Assembly (NCBI RefSeq): GCF_009914755.1
Contig: NC_060934.1
Strand: one strand, 5' to 3'
DNA length: 64,000 bases
Source of the DNA: the human T2T-CHM13v2.0 reference genome, Homo sapiens
A program made the translations under genes and the position numbers. This document shows positions 35,510 through 53,447 of the stretch, piece by piece (the first letter of the stretch is position 1; each line of letters begins with the position of its first letter). The notes beneath the pieces were generated by a model. The model saw nothing but the letters and a program-made list of their open reading frames with translations. It did not search any database and was not told the origin of the DNA.

Positions 35510-35990
35510 TATATTAGTTCCCTATGTGTCATACAAAGAATCACAAATTTGGTAGCTTAAAGCAACACACATTTATTTTCTTACAGTTCTGCAAGTCAAG
35601 AGCCTAAATGGGTCCACTGGCTAAAACCAAAGTGTTGGCAAGGCTGTGCATCCCTGGAGGCTTTAGGGGAGAATGCATTTCTTGCCTTTTCCAGCTTCTA
35701 GAGCTGCACTCCTTGGCTGATGGCCCCTTCCTCCATCTCCAAGGCCAGCATCTGCAAATCTCCCTCTGTTCCAGCTCCACATCATCTTCTCCTCTTCTGT
35801 GGAGTCTGAGTTCTGTCTCCCTCTCATAAGAACACTTCTGCTTGTATTTAGTGTCCACCCAGGTAATCCAGGATCATCTCCCCATTTCAAGCACTTCACA
35901 GCTGCAAAGTCTCTTTTGCTATATACGGTAACATTCACAGATTCCAGAGATTGAGACCTGGATTTTTGGGGGACCATCAGTCAGCCTTTC
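35510..35990 (-). mobile_element. MLT1 (C/D) LTR
   Basis: ggtagcttaaagcaacacacatttatt...ggaggctttaggggagaatgcatttcttgccttttccagcttctagag. Confidence 0.85.
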
Positions 35991-35999
35991 CAGGAGGTA

Positions 36000-36560
36000 A
36001 CATGAGGGAGACAGGCACAGCATTTCTGACAGGAGGGAAAGCATAAGAGGGCACAGTGGCATGACTCAGTACAGAGCATCCAGAATCTGTGTCGCTTAGA
36101 GTTGTGGGAGCATCAGGTATGAGGCGGTGGGGATGAACCAGGCTGCAGAGGGTGTCATGCTCCATGCTAAATCATCTGGGTTTTATTTCATAGGTTCCAA
36201 GGAGTCTTGGAAGGTTTGTAAGCAGGGCAGTGATGTGGTCAGCTGAGTGGTTTAGAGGGATCATTGTGGGGGATTCAGGCAGGCAGATACCACTGACAGA
36301 TCATGAGAGTCAGAACCAGGATGGGGATTAAGGTGAGAAATGTGTTAAATAACAAAAGAAGTTCTCCAGGTGAAATTAACAGGAATCATCACTAATTGGA
36401 TGGTAGGGTGAAGGGGAGAGAGAAATCTGGGATGATCCCAAGCTTTTTTCCTGGGTAGATAGTGTCCCATTAAATGTAATAAGTACAGGAGAAAAAAAAA
36501 ATATGCTCAAGGAAGGAAAAACTGGCATTTAGTTTGAGTCTGTAGAATTTGAAGATTACT
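36000..36560 (-). mobile_element. L2 fragments
   Basis: ggagtcttggaaggtttgtaagcagggcagtgatgtggtcag. Confidence 0.55.
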
Positions 36561-36566
36561 TGTGGG

Positions 36567-36744
36567 CAGGATTGGCTTCGTGGGTGTGTGACTTGTGCAG
36601 GCACACAGGGCCCCACACTTAGGAGAGGCCCCCAACTTAGCTAATGCTCTGCTATCACCATCTTGAAAGTCTTAGTAGTTTTTGAATAAAGGGCACCATA
36701 TTTTTATTGTTCACCTGGTCCCACAAATTATCAAGTAGTTTCTG
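36567..36744. mobile_element. MER45A (hAT-Tip100)
   Basis: cagg...ggcttcgtgggtgtgtgac...cacagggcccc...cccacaaattat...ctg; 178 bp; TSD-like CTTGTGGG/CCTGTGAG. Confidence 0.85.
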
Positions 36745-37260
36745 CCTGTGAGTGATCTAAGAATCCAGGCAAGAGCCTCGGTCTTCAGAGGAAGTTTTCA
36801 GCAGAGGTTCCCTTAAGCAGACATGAGGACTAAGCACCTCCTGGATAGACTATTAACTCTCTCCTGGGCTGCAGCAGCTCAGAGCTTTCTCAATTAACCA
36901 CTTCAAGTGCAACAGTATGTGCCATAAGAGAAAGCCGCATATCCCGAATTAAAGGGCTCTTGATCAAAATTTAATAAACAAAAAAGGCCTTGATTTGGGC
37001 TTTTTTCCCAGCAGCCTCAGCTCTGATGTGAACAGAAGTTAAATACCTGAGTCTGAGGGCTTTTTATGTGAGTAACTTTGGTGTGCAGAGGAGCTAATTC
37101 TTACAGAACTTGTTAATTTCCCTAGACTGAATACTAACACCTCCCAAGATGACAGGAGAACAGAAATTCACATTCAGAGGTGAAGAGCGCTAGATTTATC
37201 TTGATGTGAAACTGGAAAGTTCCTAGAATAAGGGGAAGAGGTACTTTTTCTGTTCCCTAC

Positions 37261-37614
37261 TGTATTAGTTCATTCTCACGCTGCTAATAAAGACATATCC
37301 AAGACTGGGTCATTTATAAAGGAAAGAGGTTTAATTGACTCACAGTTCAGCATAGCTGGGGAGGCCTCAGGAAATTTACAGTCATGGCAGAAGGGGAAGC
37401 AAACACGTCTTTCTTCATATGGTTGCAGCAAGGAGAAGTGTAGAGAAAAGGGGAGGAAAGCCCCTTTTCAAACCATCAGATCTCCTGAGAACTCACTATC
37501 ACGAGAACAGCACGGGGGTAACCACCTGCATGATTCAATTACCTCCCACCGGGGGGATTATGGGAACTACAATTCAAGATGAGATTCAGGTGGAGACGCA
37601 GCCAAACCAAATCA
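37261..37614 (-). mobile_element. THE1 (C-like) MaLR solo LTR
   Basis: tgtattagttcattctcacgctgctaataaagac...cagccaaaccaaatca; TSD CCTAC/GCTAC. Confidence 0.92.
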
Positions 37615-37767
37615 GCTACTCCACCCTAGGTTGCTGGCTCCTCAGCCCTCCTTACTCTTACAGCAGTTGGTAAACTAAGTTTGCCTTTCTTTGCAAAGTC
37701 AGGCTTTCTGGCATTCTCAGAGTAAGTCCTAGCAGATGAGCACCCCTGCTTTAAAAGGGCAATGATG

Positions 37768-38025
37768 GGCCTGACACAGTGGCCCATGCCTGGAATCCCA
37801 GTGCTTTGCAAGGCTGAAGTGGGAGGATCACTTCATCCCAGGAGTGGGAGGCTGCAGTGAGCTGTGATTGGGCTGCTGCCCAAGAGACAGCTAATAGTCT
37901 AACCAGGAGATGCTGAGTCCATGTTTCTGCTTAAGGGAAAACTTTCTTTGAAGACCAGGGCTCTTAGCTGCACGCCAGCCTGGCAATAGAATGAGAACCT
38001 GTATCTAGGAGGAAAAAAAAAAAAG
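37768..38025 (+). mobile_element. Alu monomer (FRAM/FAM-like) interrupted by an 87-bp insert
   Basis: Alu homology 37768-37879 and 37967-38025. Confidence 0.75.
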
Positions 38026-38101
38026 AAAGCGAAAGAAAAAGGTTGATGCCTAAGTATCCAGCCCCATTTCTGCTTTACTTTGATATTAAAATACATTTCA
38101 G

Positions 38102-38420
<319 letters not shown>

Positions 38421-38857
38421 ATACATTTCAGACTCTTTTCCAGCTTTGAAATTATGGGCTCATGGTTTTGGTTCTGATCCAGCCTTAATTAATTTTCTGG
38501 ACTTGATCTTCTGCCTTCTGCACGTGCTCCAGCCAGCCCCACTGGATGCTCCAGTTTGCAGTTTGAGTGAGATGATGCCAAGGGATGGAAACATAAGGGA
38601 CCCATGAGACCACAGAATGTTCTTGTGGCCACCGAGCTTCAGGTCCCACTCTAGCCTTCCAGGTCCAGAAATGCTACAGAGTGAACTCAAACTCAAAATT
38701 CACAGATACATAAAACAGAAAGAGAATTTACCGAAACAGTAGAGAGAGAGAGAAAGAAACAAATTATTTTCTAAACACTGGGATTCTGGCCTCATCTGAC
38801 TTCTTCTGGATATCAGGATACGTAGGACACTAAACTATTTTTTAGAAAGTTGCTTAG

Positions 38858-39165
<308 letters not shown>

Positions 39166-39179
39166 CAGTTGCTTAGAAA

Positions 39180-39478
39180 TCTGGACGTGGTGGCTCATAC
39201 CTGTAATCCCAGCACTTTGGGAGGTGAGGCAGGAGGATTGCTTGAGCCCAGGAGCTTGAGATCAGCCTGGGCGATATAGTGAGACTTTGTCTCTACAAAT
39301 AATTATTTTTTAAAAATTAGCCAGGTGTGGTGGCTCACACCTGTGATCCCAGCTACTGTGGAGGCTGAGGTGGGAGGATCACCTTAGTCCAAGAGGCAGA
39401 GGTTGCAGTAAGCCAAGATCGTGCCACTGCACTCCAGCCTGGGTGACAAAGTGAGAGCTTGAAGAAAAAAAAAAAAGA
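39180..39478 (+). mobile_element. AluJ
   Basis: Dimeric Alu. Confidence 0.93.
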
Positions 39479-39499
39479 AGGAAGGCGGGGGGGTGGGGC

Positions 39500-39609
39500 G
39501 GGGGGAGAGAGAGAGAGAGGAAAGAAAGAGAAAGAAAAGAAAGAAAGAGAGAGAAAGAGAAAGAAAGAACAAGAAAGGAAGAAAAGGAAGGAAGAAGAAA
39601 GAAAAAGAA

Positions 39610-39669
<60 letters not shown>

Positions 39670-39685
39670 AAAAAAGAAAAGAGAA
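39500..39685. repeat. GA-rich tract including (AGAA)15
   Basis: Perfect run at about 39611-39670. Confidence 0.95.
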
Positions 39686-39819
39686 AGTTGCTTAGAGCAA
39701 CATGAGATAGTATTTTCTTAAGGGATATTTTATCCAGGCATGGTGACGCTAAAGATTTACTTTTAACCATATGAGAGTAACTAAAATATGGGCATCTGTC
39801 AGATTCAAGAACTTTCTTC

Positions 39820-40225
39820 CGTGAACAATTAGCAGAACCAGTTTCCTAAACCAGTTCATCTTCCTCTTGGACACACAGGAAGGCTACATTTCTTGGTGTT
39901 CTTGCATCTAGGTGGGGCCATGTGACCAGTGCTGGCAAATGGGATGGAAGCAAAAGCGATGCCTATCATATCTAGGCCTGGCCCCTGGACTTCCCACTCC
40001 TGCCCTCTGCACTGGCTCACTCTCTCTCTTCCCTGTCCATTGATGAGACACAGAGATCCCATAGTGGAACCAGTTTTGGAAAGCCTGGCTCCTTGAATGA
40101 GTTTGTGGGGACCCACCCCTCACTCCCAGTGGACAGCAATGTGAGAGGGAACTAATTCTGTTGTGTTTAGTCATGCATATTTCAAGATTGTTTGTTATAG
40201 CAGTTAACTCACCCTAAATAATACA
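39820..40225 (+). mobile_element. MLT1 (I/J) LTR
   Basis: ctacatttc...cttgcatctaggtggggccatgtgaccag...tgtttgttatagcag...aataca. Confidence 0.75.
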
Positions 40226-40313
40226 GAAAATATCAGATTAAACTCTACCAACTATTTACTTTTGGGGATCCCCTATGAAGACTGTGCAAACAATTTCCGT
40301 TCTATGAATATGC

Positions 40314-40520
40314 TTTTTTTTTTTTTTTTTTTTTCCAGACAGAGTCTTACTATGTCAAGTAGGCTGGCGTGCAACAGTGCAATCATCGTTCACTGCAGCC
40401 TTGAACTCCTGGGCTCAAGCAGTCCCCCCATCTCAGCCTCCTGAATAGCTGGGACAACAGGCATGTGCCACTATACCTGGCTTTTTTTTTTTTTTTTTCT
40501 GGACACAGGGTCCTGCTCTG
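40314..40520 (-). mobile_element. AluJ, partial
   Basis: Right arm plus truncated left arm. Confidence 0.88.
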
Positions 40521-40821
40521 TCACCCAGGCTGGTCTCAATGGATATGCTCTTCTTAAAAACAAAGTAAAATCCAATTGAATCATTTTACACTTCAGTCAA
40601 TTCACCTTTTATTTCCTGCGAATACAGCTTATTCTGATGGGGCTGTGTGCTTCCTGAGACTAGCCCTCGTTACTCACTGGGCATTTCTGCTATGGAAGCA
40701 TCACAGCTCTCTGGCCTCTGGAGAGTGGGCTGGTTCTCCAGAAAACTGATCTCAACCAGTACATGTTTTGTTTTTAGTTTTCAAAATTAAAAAAGTTTTC
40801 TTTGAAATAGCTTCTTTTTAA

Positions 40822-41453
<632 letters not shown>

Positions 41454-41499
41454 TAAGTTATTACAAGCAACACTGCTCTGAACATTCTTATACAATCAT

Positions 41500-42020
41500 C
41501 TTTGCATAATGGTGGAATTATCTTCTAGGGATAAGTTCCTAAAAGTGATAATGATATGCATATATTATATTTGGATAGATATTGCCAAACTACCCTATAA
41601 AAGCATAACAATGTGTAGTATCACCAATATTTTATGGTACTGTTCATTTTACCATATATTTGCCAACAATGTGTTTTATCCAAAGTATTCATCATGGCAA
41701 ATCTGATGTGGGAAATGCTCTTCTGATTTATTTGCATTTCTTTGCTTTTCAGGGAGATTGAATGTAGTCTCATATCTTACTGGTAAATTTCCTATTCATG
41801 TCTTTTGCCCATGTTTCTCTTGTCTGTCTTATTATTTTGTAAATGCTCTTTGTATAGAAAAGATAATCCACCCATTGTCTCTCATATCTGTTGCAGATTT
41901 TTTTCTCATTTTCCTATTTTAAAATTTTATCTGTGTTTTTTTCCATATTAAAGATGTTATGCAGACAAACACATCCATCATTTTTCTTGGACTTCTGGAT
42001 ATTATGTGATGCTTTCAACC
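41500..42020 (-). mobile_element. Old L1M fragment
   Basis: gatagatattgccaaac...atttgcatttctttg...cctattcatgtcttttgcccat. Confidence 0.65.
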
Positions 42021-42031
42021 TCAACTCTATG

Positions 42032-42484
<453 letters not shown>

Positions 42485-42888
42485 TGAGAAGGGCTTCCTG
42501 GGCAGGGTTCAAAGTTCAAAACGAGAATTTGCATCTGTGCCTGGTCCCATGTTAGTGTTCTTGTTTTGTTGTTTGTTGTTTGTTTTTTTAAGAAGGGAAA
42601 CCACTTGGACTGCGTCCTCTCCTTCTTACCCTACCGGAGGAAAGAAAGAACATCATCAACGCCTAATGGCAGGTGCAACAAAACAACTCCGAGAGCTGGC
42701 TTCATGCTCAGGAAAGAACACAGTGTGTCCTGCTCCTGGCATCCAGCTCCACACGATCAGAGAAACTGCCCCCGCAATGAGCTGTGGACATGAACTCCGA
42801 AAGCACAGTCCTCACACATGCGTGCTCTCAGGGAAACAGCCATGTCTGGGCTGATTATGATGTGCAGAAAGTTGGCCTTCGTGGCCTC

Positions 42889-43451
42889 CTTTCTCTCTGT
42901 CTCTCTCTCTCTCTTTCTCTTTATCTGTCTCTCTCTCCCTGTCTCTTTCTCTGTTTGTCTCTCTCTCCCTTTCTCCGTCTCTCTCTCTTTCTCTCCCTCT
43001 CTCTGTTTCTCTCTGTCTCTCTCTCCTTTTTCTCTCCTTCTCTTTATCTCTCTGTTTCTCTCTCTGTCTCTGTCTCTGTTGATATGTGTGTCTCTCCTCT
43101 TTCTCTTTCTCTCTTCTCTTTCTCTTTCTTTCTCTCTTTCTGTCGATGTCTCTCTCTGTCTCTTACTCTCATCTCTTACCTGTCTCTCTCTGTCTCTCCC
43201 TGTCTCTCCCTTTCTCTTTGTCTCTCTTTCTCTCTATTTCTATTTCTCTCCCTCTCTCTGTTTCTCTTTCTCTCTGTCTGTCTCTTTCTGTATCTCTCTG
43301 TCTATCCCTCTCCTTTTTCTCTCCCTCTCTTCGTCTGTTTCTCTCTCTGTCTCTGTCTCTCTCCTTCTTTCTCTCCCTCTGTTTCTTTCTCTCTGTGTCT
43401 CTGCCTCCCTCTCTCCTCTCTCTCTGTCTCTCTCTCTGTCTCCGTCTCTCT
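42889..43451. repeat. CT-rich polypyrimidine tract, about 560 bp
   Basis: Imperfect (CT)n/(CTCTGT)n. Confidence 0.97.
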
Positions 43452-44157
43452 GCACTCTGGCATCTCCAAACCTGCCCACCTCCTGCAGTATCTTGCTCTC
43501 AGCTAACTGCTATAAAACAACTCTTAAGACTCTCCATGGTAAAGGCTTAAGAAACTATTCTCTCTTCAGAGGTACTTTCAGGATTTTCTATATACCTGTC
43601 AGAACCCGTTAGTGAAAGACACTGCTTCCTGCCCAGAGCATCACCCACCTTGACAGCTACCTTCTTCAAGGAGAAAAACACCTCAAAAAATTACTGTGTA
43701 TGTTTTTATGCCCGGTCTGGTTGGTGCAAGGAGGATTCATCTTATTAAATGTCAGACATGCAAATTCTTCTTAAAGAATCATGCCTAGAAATTGGGCTCA
43801 GCTATTTAATGCCATCTGAATATGATGTCCCAGTAGGAGCAAGAGTGTCTTCCTGGTTATTTTGATGGGGAGAGGGAAATGAATTTGGGTAAAAACTAGC
43901 AGTTATGGGAGCTGGTGGATTCTGCAAAGCAGAAAGTAGGAGATAACAGAGCTGGGAAGAGCCTAGGACGTGCAGTGATAGAAATTATGGGGTCTGCCTT
44001 GCAGAGGAGGAAACAGAAGAACGAATGAATGAATGAACAAATGAATGAATAAATAAATAAGATTATGAAGTGATTTCTCTGGGAAGACTTCAGATGATGG
44101 CTAGATTGTATTTGCCTGAATCCAAAATGTTAGATCTTGGACAAAAAGAGAGGAGGA

Positions 44158-44544
<387 letters not shown>

Positions 44545-44647
44545 TCATTGGAAAACTTCCATGCCTAAGAACAGCTTGCGAGGGCCTTCATCGTTTGCTC
44601 CTAGTTTATTTTCTCTCTCCACTCGGTGCACTTCAGCCACACCTATG

Positions 44648-44949
44648 TTTTTTTTTCTTTTCCTTTTCAGAGGCAGGGTCTTAATGTAGCCCAGGCTGAA
44701 GAGCAGCGGCTCAGTCATAGCTCACTGCAGCCTTGAACCCTCAAGTTCAAGCCATCCTCCACCTCAGCCTCCTGAGTAGCTGGGACTACAGGTACATGCG
44801 ACCATGCCTGGCTATTTTTTAAATTATTTTGCTGAAACAGAGTCTCACTATGTCGCCCAGGCTAGTCTTGAACACCTGGCTTCAAACGATCCTCCCTCCT
44901 CAGGCTCCTAAAGTGCTGGGATTACAGGCATGAGCCACCGCATCTGGCC
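44648..44949 (-). mobile_element. AluJ
   Basis: Reverse Alu. Confidence 0.92.
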
Positions 44950-44959
44950 CACAGCTACT

Positions 44960-45310
44960 TTTTCAAAGGCTTCCAAGCACAACTCGTGGTCTTTGTGTAA
45001 TCCATTCTCCTGCCTGAAATGCTGTCCTTGGGCTGGCTCTCTGAACTCCTGAGCATCCTTTAAGAGTTAACCAAAATATCCCTCCCTGCCCCTGAGATGC
45101 CTCCCTGACCTGTGACGACTCCTCTCCTCCGGGCATTCTATTTCTGCTGTGCTTTCAAAATACTGGGTGTGTAGGTCTATTAATATTTAGCACTCTTTAT
45201 TACATTGTTTACTTGGTTTATTTGATGTAAGCTCCTTGACAGCAAGGAGCACACGTATTTTATCTTGGAGTATCCAGCCCCTGGCATAATGCCTAGAAAT
45301 CAGTGAATGT
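44960..45310 (+). mobile_element. L2 3' end
   Basis: gatgtaagctccttgacagcaagg...cctggcataatgcctag. Confidence 0.7.
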
Positions 45311-45851
45311 CAACAAATTCTCCATAAATAAGGAGAAGAAAAGAACAGGAACATCCCAGAAGAGAAGGGGGGATGTTTTGTTGATTTGATCTGATGAAAA
45401 TTATGATACATACCTTTCATTTAATTCTGTGTAGTTGATGCTCAGAGAGTCCTGGGTATATTCTTATATTTTGATATAGTAAAAGTCAAAATGCTTGGAA
45501 AGAAATCTGAAGAAGAAGAGGGGGCATTTGGCTTTGAATTGCAGTGGTCCCATATCCAGGGGGAGAAACTGTGTCCTCTTCCACAAGGTGGTGATAGTGA
45601 GAAGTTCCATAAGAGAAGAATTGGCTGATCAGCCATGAAGACACCTCCACTGTTGGCAGTTTTAATACAAACAGCACTAAGAGTCTGGGTGAAGCATCTC
45701 TGTGAATACCTTGCTCAAATGCCAAAGGCTTCCCCACCCTTCCCAAAGACTGGCAGGGCAGACCATTCCCAGGAATCAGAGCAGCTTGCACATTCCTGAG
45801 AAGTAGCCCTGGCACGTCGTCACTAACTCTAGCTTGAAATTGGTGGCTCTT

Positions 45852-46397
<546 letters not shown>

Positions 46398-46872
46398 TCA
46401 TGGGAGATGTTACTCATTCTCAGAAACAGCATGACAGAAACTTTCAGCTCTAAAATGCCCCACCCAGTGAGTTGGGATCGACACACCCTGAAGCATCCTT
46501 AAGCAACCTCAGCAGATTCTGGGTCAGGTGATGCAACCACTCCAAATAGTCACAGTGGTCATCACCTCCCAGTTTCCCCGTTTACTTACTCTCATGTGGA
46601 GGCCTTGCCTTATGCTCTATTGAGAAATTATTGGCATGTCTCTTATCTTTCTTTCTTTTTTCCTGTTCACCTGCACTGGCATCTGCTCTCACCTCTGTAT
46701 CTTCAGTCTCCATGTCTGAGATCTCCACTTGAACTAGAACCCATCCTCTCTGGACTCCTCCAAGATCTTGCTCTACCACTTTCAAGTCTTTTTATGTCCA
46801 ACTTCTTCAGAATCTTTGGCTCCTTCCCTTAGTCTATAAATAGGGATTAGACTGCATCCTTTAAAAAGAAAT

Positions 46873-46997
46873 GGCTGGGCATAGTGTTTCTCACCTGTAA
46901 TCCCAACTACTCAAGAGACCAAGGCGGGAAGATCCCTTGAGCCCAGGAGATTGAGACCAGCCTGGGCAGCATAGTGAGACCCCATCTCTAAAAAAAT
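46873..46997 (+). mobile_element. FLAM/Alu left monomer
   Basis: Single left arm. Confidence 0.85.
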
Positions 46998-47004
46998 AGT
47001 ATTA

Positions 47005-47303
47005 AAGAGTAGAACATTTTAATGTTAATGGAGTCTAGCTTATCAATTCTTCTTTACATGGACTGTACCTTTTGGTGTTGCATCTAAAATGTCTAGAGTC
47101 ATCTAGATTTTATCCTGTGTTATCTTCTAAGAGCTTTACAGTTTTGTGTTTTACACTTACGTCTGTGACTCTTTTTGAGTTATTTTTGTGAAGGGTGTAA
47201 GGTCTGTGTCTAGATTCATTTTCTGCATGACAAAGAATGTTTCAACATTCTTTGTTTAAAAGACTATCTTTCTCCATTCTATTGCCTTTGCTCTTTTGTC
47301 AAA
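47005..47303 (-). mobile_element. L1MC/MD ORF2 fragment (inverted segment)
   Basis: Reverse complement: atgaatctagacacagaccttacacccttcacaaaaataactcaaaa...ctcttagaagataacacagg. Confidence 0.8.
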
Positions 47304-47314
47304 GAGAATGTCTA

Positions 47315-48761
<1,447 letters not shown>

Positions 48762-49017
48762 TCAGCTGACTTCCCGGACAGAGGACCAGAGAGCATCTAT
48801 GACTGCCCTAAAGGAGCTGGTCTCTTGTGGCTGTCAGGCTAGCACATGTAAAAACGAGATCCAAGGTTTGATCCTAGGAGTTGCAAAATTACAACCTAAG
48901 GTGAATTCACTGCTTCTCAAGGTCTTTTTATGCTAGTTAGGGACTGATTTGGAAAGTACGGCATCCTAGTGATTACAGTGAGTTAGAATAGGAGGAACCT
49001 CACTTTCCTCTGTCTGA

Positions 49018-49382
<365 letters not shown>

Positions 49383-50665
49383 CCTGACATAGTTTTTATA
49401 CAAGGAGATGCCACACTATCCTTGAGACCCACCCTTCCCCATCTCAAGACCTCCAGACCCATAACTAGAGTCAGATCCCAGCCAACTTTGGAGGTCAAGT
49501 ATAGACACTAACCGTGGAGAAGACAGAAGGAACAAGGAAAGAATGCACAAGATTTTTGACGGTACAGGCATACTTCATTTTATTGCATTTTACTGTGCTT
49601 CACAGATATGTTCTTTTCCAATAAACTGCAGGTTTGTGGTAACCCTGCATTGAGCAAGTCTATCGAGCCATTTTTCCAAACAGCAAGTGCTCATTTTGCG
49701 TCTCTGTGTCCCATTTTGGTAATTCTCACAATCTTGCACATTTTTTAAATTATAATTACATCTGTTATGGTGGTGTAGGATCAGTAATTTTTGATGTTAC
49801 TATTCTAATTGTTTTGAGAGGCCATGAATCAATACCATATAAGACAGCAAACTTAACCAATAAATGTGTGTGTTCTGACTGCTCCACTGACCAGTACCTC
49901 CCCAACCTCTCTCCGTCTCTTGGCCTCCCTATTCCCTGAGACACAACAATATTGAAATTATGCCAATTAATAACCTTACAATGGCTTCTGTTTGTGCAAG
50001 TAAAAGGAAGAGTTGTATGGCCTTCACTTGAAACCAAAAACTAGAAATGATTAATCTTAGTGAGGAAGGCATATCTGGCTCTTACTGAACCCATCACATG
50101 AATAGCGAACACCGTACCCAGTAGGTAGTTTCCAACCCTCTCCCTACCCATCCTTCCACCTTTGTAGTATCCAGTGTACATTTTTCCACTCGACGTCCAT
50201 GGATACCCATTGTTCAGCCCCCACTTATAAGTGACAGACAGTATTTGACTTTCTGTTTCTGAGTGATTTTACTTAGGATAATGGCCTTCAGGTCCATCCA
50301 TGTTCCGCAAAAGACATGATTTTATTCCTTTTTATGACTGAGTAGCATTCCATGGTGTCTGCATACCACATTCTCTTTATCCAATCCTCCATTGATGGAC
50401 ACTTACGTTGATTCCATATCTTTGCTATTTTGAACAGTACTGCAATAAACATATGAGTGTAGGTGTCTTTTTATACAATAATTTCTTTTCCTTTGGGTAG
50501 ATACCCAGAAGTGGGATTACTGGATCAAATAGTAGTTCCATTTTTACTTTATTGAGAAATCACCATGCTGTCTTCCATAGTGGTCATTCTAATTTACATT
50601 CCCACGAACAGTGTATAAGTGTTTCCCCTTCTTCATATCCTCACTAACATCTGTTGTTTTTAGCC

Positions 50666-50950
50666 TTTTTTTTTTAATCTGTTTTTAAGAAATAAGGTCT
50701 TCCTCCATCACCCAGGCTGGAGTGCAATGGTGCCATTATAACTCACTGCAGCCTTGAACTCCTGGGCTTAAGCAATCCTGCCTTGGCCTCTCCAGTACAC
50801 CATCACTCCCAGCTAATCTTTTTATTTTTGTAGAGACAGGATCTCGCAATGTTGGTCAGGCTGGTCTCAAACTCCTGGCTTCAAGAGAAAGCCTGCTGCT
50901 TCAGCCTCCCAAAATGCTGGGATTACAGGCAGGAGCCACTGTTCCTGGCT
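50666..50950 (-). mobile_element. AluJ
   Basis: Reverse Alu in L1; TSD TGTTTTTAG. Confidence 0.9.
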
Positions 50951-50959
50951 TGTTTTTAG

Positions 50960-51264
<305 letters not shown>

Positions 51265-51722
51265 ACTTAGACTTTTTAATAATAGCCATTATGACTAGTG
51301 TAAGATGATATCTCACTATGTTTTTAATTTGCATTTCTCTGATGATTAGTTATCCTGAGCATTTTTTCATATATTTATTGGCCACTTGTATGTCTTTTGA
51401 AAAATGGCTGTTCATGTCCTTTGCCCACTTTTTAATGGAGTTATTTACTTGTTTCTTGTTGAGCTGAATTTCTTGTAGATTCTTTCTCAGATGCATAGTT
51501 TGCAAATATTTTCTCCCATTCTATAGGTTGTCTGTTTACTCTGTTGATTGTTTCTTTTGCAGAAGCTCTTTAGTTTAATTAAGTTTCATTTGTCTATTTT
51601 TGTTTTTGTTGCATTTCCTTTGGAAGACTTGGTCATAAACTCTTTGCCCAGGTCAGTGTTCAGGAGGGACTTTCCTAGGTTTTCTTCTAGGATTTTCATA
51701 GTTTCAGGTTTTACATGCAGGT

Positions 51723-51947
51723 CAGGGGTATCCAATATTTTGGTTTCCCTGGGTCATGTTAGAAGAAGAAGAATTGTCTTGGGCCACATATAAAATACAC
51801 TAACGCTAACGATAGTTGATGAGTTAAAAAAAAAAATCTAAAAAAAGTCTTATAATGTTTTAAGAAAGTTTACAAATTTGTGTTGGGCCACATTCAAGGC
51901 TGTCCTGGGCCACATGAAGCCCACAGGCTGGGGGTTAGACAAACTTG
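51723..51947. mobile_element. MER30 (hAT-Charlie) inside L1
   Basis: caggggtatccaat...agaagaagaattgtcttgggccacata...ggttagacaaacttg; TSD ATGCAGGT/ATTTAGGT. Confidence 0.9.
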
Positions 51948-52736
51948 ATTTAGGTCTTTAGCCTACCTTGAGTTAATTTTTGTATATGGTAAGAGGAAGA
52001 GGTCCAGTTTCATTCTTCTGCATGTGGCTATCCAATTTCCTGGCACTATTTATTCAATAGGGTGTCATTTCCCTAGCGTATGTTTTTGTTGACTTTGTTG
52101 AAGATCAGTTTGTTACAGACAGATGCCTTTATTTCTGGGTTCTCTATTCTGTTCCATTGTTCTATATGTCTATTTTTATTCCAGTACCAGGCTGTTTTTG
52201 TTAATTTGAAATCAGGTAATGTGATGCCTTGACTCTGATTTTAAAAGAAGTTCTACTCTGGGTAAAATGGTATCAAACAGTATCACATGCTACAGAGAAA
52301 TCTTTCATGAAAGGAAGAGTCCATCAATGTGACAAACTTTATTGTTGTTTTATTTTAAGAAACAGTCACCCAAACTTTCAACAACCACCACCCTGATCAG
52401 TCAGAAGCCATCAGCATCCTGGCAAGACCCTCCACCAGCAAAAAGATTACAGCTCACTGAAGGCTCAGATGATCATTGGCATTTTTTTAGCAATAAAGTA
52501 TTTTTAATTAAAGTGTGTACCTTTTTTAGACATAATGCTATTGCACATTTAGTGACTACAGTATAGTGTAAACATAACTTTTATATGCACTGAGAAACCA
52601 AAAAATTCATGTGATTCACTTTATTGTGATATTTGCTTTATTAGAGTGGTCGGGAAACTCATCTGCAATATCTGTGAGGTGTTCATGTATGTATCAATGG
52701 AAACCTGCAGTATATGTGTGGGAATGAGTTCTAACA

Positions 52737-53135
52737 GTGTTTGTGGCTGTTCATCAAATTCATTTCTCTTTCAGCTTCTTTACAATTCGACTACATTTCC
52801 CAGCTACCCTGAAATTAGACATGTTCATGTGACTGATTTGGGCCAAAGAAATACGGGCAGAAATGATGAGTGCCACTTCTAGGATTGGCCCCTAACAGTC
52901 TCCCTCAAGGAATTCTTCCATTCTTCTCTATCTGCTGGCCAGAGGCAGATGCTCAGGGAGACCTTAGAAAATGTGACTGGAAGATGACAGCCCAAGGCCC
53001 TGAGTGACTGCAAGGAATGGATCTACCCTCTCCTTTACTGCAGACTGTATTTTATGAGTAAAAAATAAACTTCCATTGTTAAGCCCTTGAGATTTTGATG
53101 TTTACCTATAATAGAGGTTAGTATTTCCTTAACTA
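52737..53135 (+). mobile_element. MLT1 (J-like) LTR
   Basis: ctacatttcccagctaccctgaa...catgtgactg...aaataaacttccattgttaagcc. Confidence 0.75.
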
Positions 53136-53147
53136 GGAACTGTATTC

Positions 53148-53447
<300 letters not shown>

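Noticed and set aside
37768-38025. 7SL (SRP RNA) pseudogene explaining the insert in the Alu monomer
   Set aside because: The insert does not resemble the 7SL S domain in sequence or length.
42784-43612. Longest ORFs (240, 264 and 154 aa, rich in Ser/Leu)
   Set aside because: They are translations of the CT repeat, which lacks stop codons; there is no coding signature.
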